Assembly: GCA_963822405.1 (NCBI GenBank)
Contig: CAWGHH010000002.1
Span: 23,569 to 87,568, forward strand
Length of the DNA stretch: 64,000 bases
Source of the DNA: Candidatus Uhrbacteria bacterium
GTDB taxonomy: Bacteria; Patescibacteriota; Patescibacteriia; UBA9934
Direction of reading: 5' to 3'
The notes under the pieces were generated by a model, which saw nothing but the letters and a program-made list of their open reading frames with translations, was not told the DNA's origin and did not search any database. Position 1 is the stretch's first letter; every line of letters begins with the position of its first letter. Positions 1-9,231 of the stretch are shown here, in pieces. A program made the translations under genes and the position numbers.

Positions 1-604
1 CTGCAAAATCTGCAAAAAACTGGAGTTCGAGGTGCCTGAAATGGCACAAATATCTAAGGCGGGAGTATACACCACAAAGCCGAAAAGGTCAAATAAAATG
101 AACGACGCGCAGGCCTCTGGTTAGGCTTGCGCGTCGAGACGAATGGAACGGTGTTCGGATTTCCCTTTGGGGTTTATGTCCCAGTCAAGCCCCTAAGGCT
201 CACCAATATTCTGAAGGGGGTTTTAGAAGGATTGCCCCCGCGACGGACTCCATCTCACAAGCGTTCAGCCAACGTTGTGACCATCGGAACTAACTCACCC
301 GGTGTGTCCTTTCACCCGCGAGGAACGATCCGTTCCTAATGGAATGAGTTGCTGCCCCTGGCTCGGTCAGTGGACCGGGTTCAGGGTGGCTGCTGGTAGG
401 GCATCGATTGGTTGTGGGGCATATGGCGGGGGAGTGCCTGCCTACCCATCCTTACTTGAAATGGCTTGGATGCATTCTGCCTCCGTCGTATCGTGGCATT
501 ATGATAGCAGAAATTTACAAAAAAGTCAACAAAAACTGCCCCGGCTGTCTATTCCGACTGCGGTCGGTGAGAAGCGCGGGGCGTTTAGCGGGTGTTGTCC
601 GACC

Positions 605-1042
605 TTAGGATTCGTAACGTTTTTGATCGTACGGGTCTGGCGTACGGCGACCATCGATCATCTCAATGATCTCGTAGGTGTATGTGACATGTTGCTGACA
701 GATGCAGGAACATTGAGGGGTTTCCTTTGTCGGCATATCCACACCCTTCTCGCGGAGTTCGTCCAACGTCGGGGGATACTCTTGCGTCCCCGACCAGATA
801 TTGTTGAGACCGTGTCTTTTTTTTGGTCCGTCGGTGGTTGGTATTTCTTGCTTTTCGGTGTCAGGAACCCAGCGATGGACGTAGAGTCGAAACTCGCGCA
901 TATGGCCTCCATGTCTAGGCGAAGACGTTCTCATGAAAGTCGCTTTCTGTAAAGGCAAAGTACCCTCTTTACTCTTAGGCCAGTTAGCTCTAAACTCTGA
1001 ACACTTATGTTCAAAGCGGTCGAGGCGCCCTTGTCGGGACAT
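605..1042 (-). CDS. doubtful hypothetical protein (145 aa, hydrophilic, C-terminal Cys cluster)
   Basis: Six-frame ORF only; no recognisable motif. It lies in the ORF-poor, hairpin-rich 1-kb leader and would overlap the metK start by 36 nt. Confidence 0.2.
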   Translation of the reverse strand: MSRQGRLDRFEHKCSEFRANWPKSKEGTLPLQKATFMRTSSPRHGGHMREFRLYVHRWVPDTEKQEIPTTDGPKKRHGLNNIWSGTQEYPPTLDELREKGVDMPTKETPQCSCICQQHVTYTYEIIEMIDGRRTPDPYDQKRYES

Positions 1043-2068
1043 CCTGATAAAATCTGCGATATTTTGGTCGAATCTATTGTCGACGAATATTTGCGTCGAG
1101 ATCCGTTGTCCAGACTCGACATCCAGGCGCTTGGCAGTAATGGCATGGTGATGATGGGCGGAATGGCAGATTCAAAGGCAGATTTTGATGTGGCGGAGGT
1201 TGCCAGAAGAGCCTACGAGGCCATTGGCTACAAAGATAGTTTGGAATTTTTTGTAAACCTGGAGAAGCCGTCGGTGAACGGCCCCGCCCCGTCAACGTAC
1301 GGACTTGGCGACGCCAAGTCCCTACAACGGGGCGGGGGAGCTCAGGGCACGGCTATTATTTACGGCTACGCTACTAAAGAGACGCGCGAACTTCTTCCTC
1401 TTCCGGTGGTTCTCGTCCATGCGCTGGCTCGACGGATCGACGATTTGCGACAAGGCGAACCGCGGTTTGCTTGGTTGAAGCCTGACGGAAAAATTCAGTT
1501 AGTCATGGACGGAAAAAATATTGAACACGTAACCGTTATTGCCGAGCATGACGTGAACATGGACGTGTCACAGGTACAGGCGTTGTTGCTTGAGCACGCA
1601 GTTGCGCCGGTTCTTGGAAATGTTGACGGTGTAAAATTATTTATCAATCCAAGTGGTCCGTTTACAAATGGTGGTTTCACTTTGAACGCCGGTGTTTCCG
1701 GTCGAAAAGCCTTAGCCGATTCTTACGGCGGACTCCTCCCACACGGTGGTGTTGCGCTTGCCGGTAAGGATCCGCTGAAGCCCGCCCGCGCCGGTACATA
1801 CATGTCGCGTTATGCTGCGCGCGAGTTAGTGAAAGAAGGTTTGGCGAGCAACGTCCTTGTTCATGCAGTTTACGCTGTTGGTCTCGCTGATCCCGTTTTA
1901 CTTTCTGCTCGCGCTGGTGACGGAACCGATTTATCGAGCATCGTCAAAGAGCGTTTCGACTTCCGCCCCGAAGCAATCGTTGAGCGTTTTAATCTGCGCC
2001 GACCTTTTTACGCATCGTGCGCCACGTACGGAATGTTCGGCCGCGATGGAGTGCCGTGGGAGGAGTAA
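1007..2068 (+). CDS. metK: S-adenosylmethionine synthetase
   Basis: N-terminal GHPDKICD motif and C-terminal ATYGMFGR; 353 aa, typical MetK length and architecture. Confidence 0.92.
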   Translation: MFKAVEAPLSGHPDKICDILVESIVDEYLRRDPLSRLDIQALGSNGMVMMGGMADSKADFDVAEVARRAYEAIGYKDSLEFFVNLEKPSVNGPAPSTYGLGDAKSLQRGGGAQGTAIIYGYATKETRELLPLPVVLVHALARRIDDLRQGEPRFAWLKPDGKIQLVMDGKNIEHVTVIAEHDVNMDVSQVQALLLEHAVAPVLGNVDGVKLFINPSGPFTNGGFTLNAGVSGRKALADSYGGLLPHGGVALAGKDPLKPARAGTYMSRYAARELVKEGLASNVLVHAVYAVGLADPVLLSARAGDGTDLSSIVKERFDFRPEAIVERFNLRRPFYASCATYGMFGRDGVPWEE

Positions 2069-2134
2069 TGCATTGGTCCCCGAGCGTAGGCGAGGGGTCT
2101 AGAGATAAGGTATTTGGTGGAGTAAGATTGTGAT

Positions 2135-2875
2135 ATGGAAAAACTATTTATTAAAAACCGAAAAGGACAGAAGATCAGTGTTATCGTCGAACAACCCGAG
2201 AATCCTGTTGGACTAGCTTTTGTAATGCACGGTCTTGGAGGATTTAAAGAGCAGCTACACATTGAAGTGATGGCCAAATCATTTGTTGATGCCGGATACA
2301 CAACGGTACGTTTCGACGCAACGAACGCGTTTGGGGAGAGCGATGGTGATTATGCCGACGCAACGGTGACAAATTATTTTGCGGATCTTGAAGATGCGAT
2401 CTCGTGGGCGAAGAATCAGAAATGGTATCGGGAACCATTTGTTTTAGCTGGGCATAGTCTTGGTGGTCTCTGCACAATGTTATTCACTGAACAACATCCA
2501 GAACTCGTAAAGGCACTTGCGCCTATTGCGACCGTTCTTTCTGGCGAGATGCACGCGAATACTTCGCAGTCGCTTGAACGAATGCCGGAATGGAAGCGTA
2601 CCGGCTGGTTGATAACAGAAAGTCATTCAAAGCCAGGAATAATGAAGAAATTAAAGTATGGTTTTATCAAAGATATTTTGCGGTTCGACGCGATGAAGGA
2701 TTTGCGGGAAGTGACCGTTCCTGTTTTGATTATTGCGGGTGAAAACGATGAATCGACCCCACTCGATCAACAGAAATTTCTATTTGACCAGCTAGTTGGA
2801 TCAAAAGAATTCCATGTTATTAAGAAGGCACCGCACACTATCCGTGATAGCGAGCAGTTGAAAGAACTAGGTTGA
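2135..2875 (+). CDS. alpha/beta-hydrolase fold serine hydrolase
   Basis: GHSLGG nucleophile-elbow motif; HG oxyanion region (FVMHGLGG); 246 aa. Confidence 0.8.
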   Translation: MEKLFIKNRKGQKISVIVEQPENPVGLAFVMHGLGGFKEQLHIEVMAKSFVDAGYTTVRFDATNAFGESDGDYADATVTNYFADLEDAISWAKNQKWYREPFVLAGHSLGGLCTMLFTEQHPELVKALAPIATVLSGEMHANTSQSLERMPEWKRTGWLITESHSKPGIMKKLKYGFIKDILRFDAMKDLREVTVPVLIIAGENDESTPLDQQKFLFDQLVGSKEFHVIKKAPHTIRDSEQLKELG

Positions 2876-2948
2876 CTATTCGATGTTTGGATTGAGTCAC
2901 TTTCTAGATAACCAATTTTTGAAAAGTGATGTGTTATCATACGAACAT

Positions 2949-3776
2949 ATGACGAACAATCACATTGCATTGTTTAAGGGCAAACAGATTCGAAAAATAG
3001 AACTCAACGGTGAGTGGTGGTTTTCGGTGGTGGATGTAATCGAGGCGCTCACTGATAGCGCTCAGCCGAGTGTTTATTGGAGCGTCATGAAGTCTCGCAT
3101 GAATAGTGAAGACGGAATTCAACTCTTTACAATTTGTAAACAGTTGAAATTGGAGGCCCCGGACGGGAAGATGCGCGAAACAGATTGTGCTGACACGGAA
3201 GGAATGTTTCGTATCATTCAATCGGTTCCATCCCCCAAGGCTGAGCCATTTAAGCGCTGGCTTGCAAAAGTTGGTTTCGAGCGCGTGCAGGAAATCGAGA
3301 ATCCCGAACTCGCTTCGAAACGAACTCGAATGCTTTACAAACTAAAGGGCTATCCAGATTCCTGGATTGAAAAGCGCATGCGGGGAATTGTTATTCGCGA
3401 GGAACTGACTGACGAATGGCAGAAACGAGGCGCAGAAGAAGGTGGGGATTACGAAATCCTAACAGCTGAAATTTCAAAGGCTACTTTTGGAGTGACGCCG
3501 ACTGAGTACAAGAAACTCAAAGGCTTGAAGCGTGAGAATTTGCGCGACCACATGGACGACTTTGAGCTGATTTTTAATATGCTTGGCGAGCGGTCTACAA
3601 CAGAAATCCATCGCAATGAAAATTCGAAAGGCGTAAAGAAATTAAAGGCTGACGCAAAAGCCGGTGGCGCTATTGCCGGGGGAGCGAGGAAACAACTCGA
3701 GAAGAAACTCGGAAGATCAATCGTGACGAAGAAAAACTTTTTGAAACCAGGGAAGAAAAAGAAATTGATCAAATAG
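2949..3776 (+). CDS. DNA-damage-inducible protein D-like (Bro-N domain) with Lys-rich C-terminal tail
   Basis: N-terminus (IALFKGKQIRKIE..WWFSVVDVIEAL) and the central region align by eye with recalled E. coli DinD. The ATG at 2949 is chosen over the upstream ORF start at 2883 because it matches the DinD N-terminus. Confidence 0.65.
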   Translation: MTNNHIALFKGKQIRKIELNGEWWFSVVDVIEALTDSAQPSVYWSVMKSRMNSEDGIQLFTICKQLKLEAPDGKMRETDCADTEGMFRIIQSVPSPKAEPFKRWLAKVGFERVQEIENPELASKRTRMLYKLKGYPDSWIEKRMRGIVIREELTDEWQKRGAEEGGDYEILTAEISKATFGVTPTEYKKLKGLKRENLRDHMDDFELIFNMLGERSTTEIHRNENSKGVKKLKADAKAGGAIAGGARKQLEKKLGRSIVTKKNFLKPGKKKKLIK

Positions 3777-3784
3777 CACCACCT

Positions 3785-4213
3785 CTAGATCCCTCCTGAC
3801 GTCGGGATCGAATGCATGCCGAGGATCCCGTCAATAAGAGTTGAATTGTATTTCAGATAAAGGAAAATGAGCGCGATCTGCAGAAGAACGAGTAGTGCAA
3901 AGACGAACTGAAAACTCGTCTTTTTTGTTTTGTGCCTAAATAGTTGCATGCCGGCTATGGCGCCAATGGAGCCGCCGAGAAATGCGGAGAGCCAGAGAAT
4001 GCGTTCGGGGATGCGTTGGCTGTTTGAACCGGCTAATAATTTGTCGAGTCCGTACAAAAGAAATGCACCAACGTTGAGGCCGATGAAAAGTGAGAGTAGC
4101 CACGGCAGATGAAAAAATGAACCGATCAGAACACTCGACGCGAAGACAAAAAATCCCCAGGGGATAAGTGCGCGAGAATACGGTGATTTAAATCTCAAAT
4201 TGCGTGGACGCAT
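3785..4213 (-). CDS. DUF1294-family small membrane protein
   Basis: Four hydrophobic segments; RIPERILWLSAFLGGSIGAIAGMQLFRHKTKK matches the recalled DUF1294 signature. Confidence 0.65.
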   Translation of the reverse strand: MRPRNLRFKSPYSRALIPWGFFVFASSVLIGSFFHLPWLLSLFIGLNVGAFLLYGLDKLLAGSNSQRIPERILWLSAFLGGSIGAIAGMQLFRHKTKKTSFQFVFALLVLLQIALIFLYLKYNSTLIDGILGMHSIPTSGGI

Positions 4214-4240
4214 ATGTTATACTTGTGCGGTAATAATACT

Positions 4241-4522
4241 ATGTCTAACAAGGAGGATATGTCTACCCCAATTTCACAGGATAAACCAAAGCGTCCAGCT
4301 ATGAAAAAATCAAAAGTGATGTCTACTGCTTCTTCCTCGCCACGGGCTGGAAACGTGTGCCACAGCTGTAATCTTTTGCCAGTTGGTAGCATTGATTTGA
4401 CGGCTCTTATGCTTGTGCTAGTGTTCTCTCTGTCCGCAGTATTGTTCACCACGGTTTACGCGCTTAACGTGTCTCACGCAAAAGTAAATCAACTCCAGGG
4501 CCAGCTCACTTACCAAAAATAA
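4241..4522 (+). CDS. hypothetical small membrane-anchored protein
   Basis: ORF with C-terminal TM segment. An AAGGAGG sits at 4250-4256, so the alternative start at 4259 is also possible. No homology recognised. Confidence 0.4.
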   Translation: MSNKEDMSTPISQDKPKRPAMKKSKVMSTASSSPRAGNVCHSCNLLPVGSIDLTALMLVLVFSLSAVLFTTVYALNVSHAKVNQLQGQLTYQK

Positions 4523-4527
4523 ATTCT

Positions 4528-5196
4528 ATGCGTCTTGCGCCCGTTGCTCTTGTTGTTCTTCTCTTGACTACAGTTGGCGCTGGTTGTACGAATCAGGCTC
4601 CAGCTGAGTCAGTTTCTCCTTCCACAGCCGTGAAAGGAGTAAGTGATCCTGCGGAGTCTTTTTCGAACCAACCAACAACCACACCTATGGCCACCTATAC
4701 CTACCAGGGACAGCTTCCAGAGAGTGAGATTACCAATAAAGTTGTGCGCATTACTACTGAGAAGGGTGATATTGTAATTGCGCTCTATCCAGACACTGCG
4801 CCACTAACGGTTTCAAACTTTGTTTCTTTGGCTGGCAAAGGTTTTTATGACGGTACTATTTTTCATCGCATCATTAAAGACTTCATGATCCAGGGTGGTG
4901 ATCCAACGGGCACAGGCATGGGTGGTCCAGGATATCAGTTTAAGGATGAGCTGAAGGATAAGCACACTTATGTTCGAGGCACAGTGGCCATGGCTAACTC
5001 GGGTCCGGATACAAACGGTAGCCAGTTCTTCATTATGCACGCTGACGTTCCATTGCCACACGCTTACTCTATTTTTGGAGAAGTTATTTCCGGGATGGAC
5101 GTAGTTGACGCTCTCGCTTCTACCACCGTAGACGGCAGTGATCGTCCACTCAAGGAACAGAAGATGACTAAGGTGACAGTTGAGGACGCAAAATGA
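4528..5196 (+). CDS. ppiB: cyclophilin-type peptidyl-prolyl cis-trans isomerase, lipoprotein
   Basis: [15 protein letters not shown]...[14 protein letters not shown] cyclophilin core. N-terminal signal peptide with lipobox VGAGC. Confidence 0.88.
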   Translation: MRLAPVALVVLLLTTVGAGCTNQAPAESVSPSTAVKGVSDPAESFSNQPTTTPMATYTYQGQLPESEITNKVVRITTEKGDIVIALYPDTAPLTVSNFVSLAGKGFYDGTIFHRIIKDFMIQGGDPTGTGMGGPGYQFKDELKDKHTYVRGTVAMANSGPDTNGSQFFIMHADVPLPHAYSIFGEVISGMDVVDALASTTVDGSDRPLKEQKMTKVTVEDAK

Positions 5197-6602
5197 AATC
5201 AATAACGCAAAAACATTTCTACCAGTATCTCAAGTGTCCGTCATGGATCGCTCATGACGCTAAGGAAGCCAGACTTGAGAACAAGCTAAAAGACCGTCTG
5301 CAGCAGGACGGTCTTTTGTCGTCACATGAAAAGGAATTATTGAAGGGTCGCGACGTAATTGACGTCGGGGTCGACCCATGCGTCGACCCTGGCCACGGCG
5401 ACGTCGAAGAATTATTCGCGCGTACGCTTGAAGAAATGAAAAAAGGGACGCCTACTATTTATGGGGGAGTTCTGGTTCATGGTCGATTTGTGGCCGAACC
5501 GGATTTGCTTGAACGCGTGGAAGGGAAGTCAAAGCTTGGCAAATATTATTACGTAGCTTGTGACATAAAGCGATCAAGTAGGCTCAAAGAAGAATACAGA
5601 CTACAGGGCTGTTTTTACGCCGAACTTTTGAATTTGATTCAGGGCACTCGACCACTCCAAGGCTACATCATGCATCCTAATAAGGAGGTCGAGGCTTACT
5701 TGCTTGAGGAGACTGCGGTGAAATACCGGCTTACGCTTGATGCCATTGAGCGAATAATGGACGGGGAAGAGGAGCCTCATTTTTTGACCAGCGATTGTAA
5801 ACAGTCGCCATGGTTTTCTATTTGTAAGCAAGGCGCTATTGAATGTGACTCGCTGTCTAGACTGAATAGAATTTGGCGCAGTGAAGTTAGAATATTTGAA
5901 GAAGCTGGATTTAAAACTGTCACAGATTTTGCTAGACAAAATCCTGACCTAATTGCCGCGCGTACTTCTGGAATCACTAGGGACAGAATAGACTTTTTAC
6001 ATCTGCAGGCGCGAGCATTACTCGAAAACAGATTTCTCAAAGTCGGCTCGGTTGATCTGCCCGAGAGCGATCTCATTCTTGTGGTCGATATCGAAAGCGA
6101 TCCGTTGCGCGACGTTCACTATTTGTTTGGCGTACTCGAAAAAGGTGACGGCATAGATGTCTATCATTCTTTCTTAGCGAAAGACCCGAAAGACGAGCGC
6201 CGAGCTTGGGAAGACTTCATTGCTTTCATGAAGAATTATCCTGGCGTGCCAATTTATCATTACGGTTGGAGCGAGCAAGCTACATTTAAGGAGCTTGGCG
6301 AAAAATATGCCACGCCAATTGAAACGCTTGTCATGCTTGAAGAGCAGGGTGTTGATCTATTAATTCGGTTACGCGAAGCAGTTGTCTTTCCGTTGTCTTT
6401 CTATTCGCTCAAAGACATTGCGCAGTTTCTAGGTTTCAAATGGAGACATGCAGATGCCTCTGGTCTTAACTCCGTTCTCTGGTTTAACGAGTGGCTGACA
6501 AAGAAGGACGAGTCTGCACTTAAAGACATCATCGAGTACAATGAAGACGACGTCCGTGCGACTCTCGTTTTGATCGAATGGGCACAAAAAAACCTGAAGT
6601 AG
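5193..6602 (+). CDS. RecB-like nuclease, TM0106 family (RNase H-like C-terminal domain)
   Basis: 469 aa; C-terminal [11 protein letters not shown]...[17 protein letters not shown] exonuclease-like motifs. Carries one in-frame family-A palindromic repeat, translated as [10 protein letters not shown]. Confidence 0.55.
   Translation: MKSITQKHFYQYLKCPSWIAHDAKEARLENKLKDRLQQDGLLSSHEKELLKGRDVIDVGVDPCVDPGHGDVEELFARTLEEMKKGTPTIYGGVLVHGRFVAEPDLLERVEGKSKLGKYYYVACDIKRSSRLKEEYRLQGCFYAELLNLIQGTRPLQGYIMHPNKEVEAYLLEETAVKYRLTLDAIERIMDGEEEPHFLTSDCKQSPWFSICKQGAIECDSLSRLNRIWRSEVRIFEEAGFKTVTDFARQNPDLIAARTSGITRDRIDFLHLQARALLENRFLKVGSVDLPESDLILVVDIESDPLRDVHYLFGVLEKGDGIDVYHSFLAKDPKDERRAWEDFIAFMKNYPGVPIYHYGWSEQATFKELGEKYATPIETLVMLEEQGVDLLIRLREAVVFPLSFYSLKDIAQFLGFKWRHADASGLNSVLWFNEWLTKKDESALKDIIEYNEDDVRATLVLIEWAQKNLK
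5367..5390. repeat. palindromic repeat family A, copy A1 (GGGGTCGAC-CCATGC-GTCGACCC), in-frame inside the nuclease CDS
   Basis: Perfect 8-9 bp inverted arms around a 6-nt spacer; same unit as 6603, 27827 and 28487. Confidence 0.85.
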
Positions 6603-6624
6603 TGGTCGACCCATGCGTCGACCA
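6603..6624. repeat. palindromic repeat family A, copy A2 (TGGTCGAC-CCATGC-GTCGACCA), intergenic
   Basis: Begins 1 nt after the nuclease stop codon and 9 nt before the next start; the hairpin could also act as a terminator. Confidence 0.85.
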
Positions 6625-6632
6625 AATCTCTT

Positions 6633-7442
6633 ATGCGAACACGCCCTCTCACTTGGAAATCTTTCTGGCCTCTTTTCCTAATTTTGATCATCGCTGGCGT
6701 CCTCAAGATCAAGACGCATTTTTCGCAACCAGTCGTGCCAACGGCTACTGTGCCGGCGGTGACGCATGAAGAAATTGTCGAGGTGCCAACCACCCCGACC
6801 GAAAGCGCGGGAGTGCCCGCGCCTGCAACCTCCCCCCAGCCCCCTCCTTCTGAAGGAGGGGGAGTAGGCGAGCATCCTGCCGAGTTCAACCTCGCCGTTC
6901 CGTTTTCATCACAGGCGCCGTTCATGAAATGGGACGCGTATCATGAGGAGTCATGTGAGGAGGCGTCGATTTTGATGACGCTCGAGTTTTATAAAGGCGC
7001 GAAGTCTGTTGATCCACAATTTGCCGACGACGAATATTTGAAAATAACAACGCTTGAAGATTCACTTGGTTATGGCTTGAGCATGACTGCCGAACAGACA
7101 GTCGACATCATTCAAAAGTACTCCGACTACTCGGCGCGCGTGATTGAGAATCCAACCGTCGATCAACTCAAAGAACTTCTAGTTAAGGGCGAGCCGATCA
7201 TCATTCCCGCCGCTGGTCGCAAGCTCGGCAATCCGTTCTTCACTGGTATTGGTCCGCTCTATCACATGCTCGTTATTCGTGGCTACACAAAAGACGGCAA
7301 GTTCATCACAAACGACCCCGGCACCCGCCACGGCGAAAACTACACCTACGACGCCTCCGTCCTCATGAACGCCATCGGCGACTGGAACAACGGCGACCCC
7401 GAACACGGCGCAAAACGCGTTGTGATTATTGAGTCAAAATAG
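6633..7442 (+). CDS. peptidase C39-like domain protein, membrane-anchored with Pro/Thr-rich linker
   Basis: N-terminal TM segment; C-terminal domain resembles the recalled C39-like/YvpB family. The linker carries the family-B palindrome, translated as SPQPPPSEGGGVGEHP. Confidence 0.5.
   Translation: MRTRPLTWKSFWPLFLILIIAGVLKIKTHFSQPVVPTATVPAVTHEEIVEVPTTPTESAGVPAPATSPQPPPSEGGGVGEHPAEFNLAVPFSSQAPFMKWDAYHEESCEEASILMTLEFYKGAKSVDPQFADDEYLKITTLEDSLGYGLSMTAEQTVDIIQKYSDYSARVIENPTVDQLKELLVKGEPIIIPAAGRKLGNPFFTGIGPLYHMLVIRGYTKDGKFITNDPGTRHGENYTYDASVLMNAIGDWNNGDPEHGAKRVVIIESK
6841..6861. repeat. palindromic repeat family B, copy B4 (CCCCTCCTTC-T-GAAGGAGGGG), in-frame in the peptidase linker
   Basis: 21-bp perfect palindrome; extended similarity to copy B5 covers 6832-6873. 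Confidence 0.8.
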
Positions 7443-7497
7443 ATTTGAAATAGGCTATACTTACCGCTGAACCTAGCCAAAAAAGGCGTGTTTGAGG

Positions 7498-7526
7498 TTG
7501 ACAAAAGGCTGTTTTTCTGCTAAGAT
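7498..7526 (+). promoter_or_regulatory. sigma-70-like promoter TTGACA-N17-TAAGAT
   Basis: TTGACA at 7498-7503 and TAAGAT at 7521-7526 with a 17-nt spacer, 9 nt upstream of the GT4 ATG. Almost the same hexamers recur at 53546-53574. Confidence 0.35.
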
Positions 7527-7534
7527 TGGCGGTT

Positions 7535-8695
7535 ATGAAAATCGCAATGATAGGACAAAAAGGAGTACCGAATATCTTTGGCGGGGTTGAAACCCACGTC
7601 ACGGAATTAGCTACTCGACTAGTAAGACTTGATAATGACGTAATTGCTTACGCACGTTTTTGGTACACGCCACGCGGTACAAAGATGTTTAATGGCATCC
7701 GCGTTGTTCGTTTGCCAAGCATAAAGACCAAGATGTTGGATGCTATTTCGCATACCTTTCTTTCAACCATGCACGCATGTTTATTTGTGCGCCCTGACGT
7801 TTATCACTTCCACGGCGTAGGCCAGGCGTTACTTGCTTGGATCCCACGCGTCCTCGCGCCTCGTGCTCGAGTTGTTGTGACATTCCACGCCATTGACCGC
7901 TTCCACGATAAGTGGAATCCATTTGCGCGTTTAATGTTGCATTTGGGCGAGTATTGCGCAGTTACTTTCCCGCACGAGACCATTACGGTGTCGAAAGTCC
8001 TTCGCGACTATGTGAAGAAGGAATACGGTGTTCGCGCTACATATATTCCTAACGGAATTTCCCCTCGTCGCGCTTCTGCTGATCCAATTCTACTTAAGCC
8101 TTTTGGCCTTGAGCCGTTTGGTTACATTGCGGTCGTATCACGCCTTGTTCGCCACAAGGGTCAGCACACGCTGATTTCAGCTTGGCAGAAAGCGCGTGAA
8201 CTCCGCCCAGAACTATTTATGGATTTGAAGCTCGCCATTGTTGGCGACTCCGCCTTTACGGATGCGTACGTTCGCGAACTTAAGAAGATGGCTAAGGGTG
8301 ATGACTCGATTGTCTTCACTGGTTATCAACGTGGTGAAACTCTTGAATCCATTTTTATGGGCGCTCGATTCATTGTTCACCCATCTATTAGTGAAGGTTT
8401 GTCGATTGCCATCCTTGAGGCTATGAGCTACGGCAAGGCGGTTATTGCTGCGAGCATTCCTGAGAATATGGAAGCCCTCGGCGATCACGGTATCCCGTTT
8501 AAGCCGGGTAGGGTTAACGAGCTTGCTGATAAAATAGTCGAGCTAACAGAAGACCCAATGAAGGCCGCTGGTATAGGCCATGTAGCCAGACACTACGTAG
8601 AGGACACATTTAACTGGGATGCGATTTCGAAGAAGACACTTCACGTGTACGAGGAATACGCGAACCAGGCACAACCGGTTCTCGCGACTCGATAA
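7535..8695 (+). CDS. glycosyltransferase family 4
   Basis: N-terminal GT4 fold (MKIAMIGQKGVPNIFGGVETHV) and C-terminal EGLSIAILEAMSYGKAVIA motif. ATG 7535 is preferred over the TTG at 7526. Confidence 0.82.
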   Translation: MKIAMIGQKGVPNIFGGVETHVTELATRLVRLDNDVIAYARFWYTPRGTKMFNGIRVVRLPSIKTKMLDAISHTFLSTMHACLFVRPDVYHFHGVGQALLAWIPRVLAPRARVVVTFHAIDRFHDKWNPFARLMLHLGEYCAVTFPHETITVSKVLRDYVKKEYGVRATYIPNGISPRRASADPILLKPFGLEPFGYIAVVSRLVRHKGQHTLISAWQKARELRPELFMDLKLAIVGDSAFTDAYVRELKKMAKGDDSIVFTGYQRGETLESIFMGARFIVHPSISEGLSIAILEAMSYGKAVIAASIPENMEALGDHGIPFKPGRVNELADKIVELTEDPMKAAGIGHVARHYVEDTFNWDAISKKTLHVYEEYANQAQPVLATR

Positions 8696-8696
8696 A

Positions 8697-8740
8697 GAAA
8701 AACTCCCCAACGCCGTAAAGCGATGGGGAGTTTTTTTGGT
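8697..8740 (+). terminator. rho-independent terminator
   Basis: CTCCCCA...TGGGGAG stem followed by T7. Confidence 0.6.
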
Positions 8741-8755
8741 TCTTGGATATTCTTT

Positions 8756-8781
8756 CCCCTTCCAGGGGGATAGAGGGGGTC
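8756..8781. repeat. palindromic repeat family B, copy B1 (CCCCTTCCAGGGGGATAGAGGGGGTC), intergenic
   Basis: Near-identical 27-mer to copy B3 at 51457-51483; contains a CCCCCT/AGGGGG hairpin. Confidence 0.8.
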
Positions 8782-8782
8782 A

Positions 8783-9058
8783 TTACTCACTTTCTAACGC
8801 TTTCGGGTTGGGGGAGTAGAGGCGGTTTTTGATTTTCCAGCGGTCTACATATTGGCCAAGGCCGGACTTGTTCATCTTATTTTTGACCGTTGTAGTTTCC
8901 TGACTCCACTTGAGTAAGGACTCGAATGTAATTTTATACCTACCTTGAACGACTATATACGTTACAGCCCCGTCGGATACTGCGCGACGGATTGTCCGCG
9001 GGCTGACGCCGAATAACTTAGAGGCTTCTGAGACGGAGAGTCTAATGAGAGTTTGCAT
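8783..9058 (-). CDS. helix-turn-helix DNA-binding protein (excisionase/MerR-like HTH_17)
   Basis: LSVSEASKLFGVSPRTIRRAV HTH motif; 91 aa; divergent from the ECF sigma gene. Confidence 0.6.
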   Translation of the reverse strand: MQTLIRLSVSEASKLFGVSPRTIRRAVSDGAVTYIVVQGRYKITFESLLKWSQETTTVKNKMNKSGLGQYVDRWKIKNRLYSPNPKALESE

Positions 9059-9064
9059 AATGTT

Positions 9065-9106
9065 ACACTAGCGTGGACAAACAGATTTACTTGTCCATAC
9101 TAGTGT
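9065..9106. promoter_or_regulatory. large imperfect palindrome (ACACTAGcGTGGACAA-N10-TTGTCCAtaCTAGTGT), putative operator
   Basis: 16-bp inverted arms lying 7 nt upstream of the HTH gene start, in the divergent promoter region shared with the ECF sigma gene. Confidence 0.4.
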
Positions 9107-9231
9107 AGACAAACGTAAAGTGCTGGTCAAGAGGTATGGCTAATATTTCTTGCGCATAGGAACCTTATCCTGTTACATTAGCCCCTTATAAGAGTGCTTG
9201 TAATGATTTCCTTTCCCAAACGACTTCATCC

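Noticed and set aside
238-345. Candidate 5S rRNA downstream of the putative 23S 3' end
   Set aside because: Only scattered matches (GTGAAA, CCGATGGT on the reverse complement). No helix I pairing of the termini and no CCGAAC...GAAGTGAAAC loop B/helix III core could be drawn.
900-1006. SAM riboswitch upstream of metK
   Set aside because: None of the SAM-I (S-box) or SAM-II conserved segments is present in the 100-nt leader; the leader is only moderately structured.
6401-6925. Minus-strand 174-aa ORF overlapping the nuclease/peptidase junction
   Set aside because: It is antisense to two well-supported plus-strand genes and runs through the A2 and B4 palindromes; its Gly/Ala/Thr-rich composition is an artefact.
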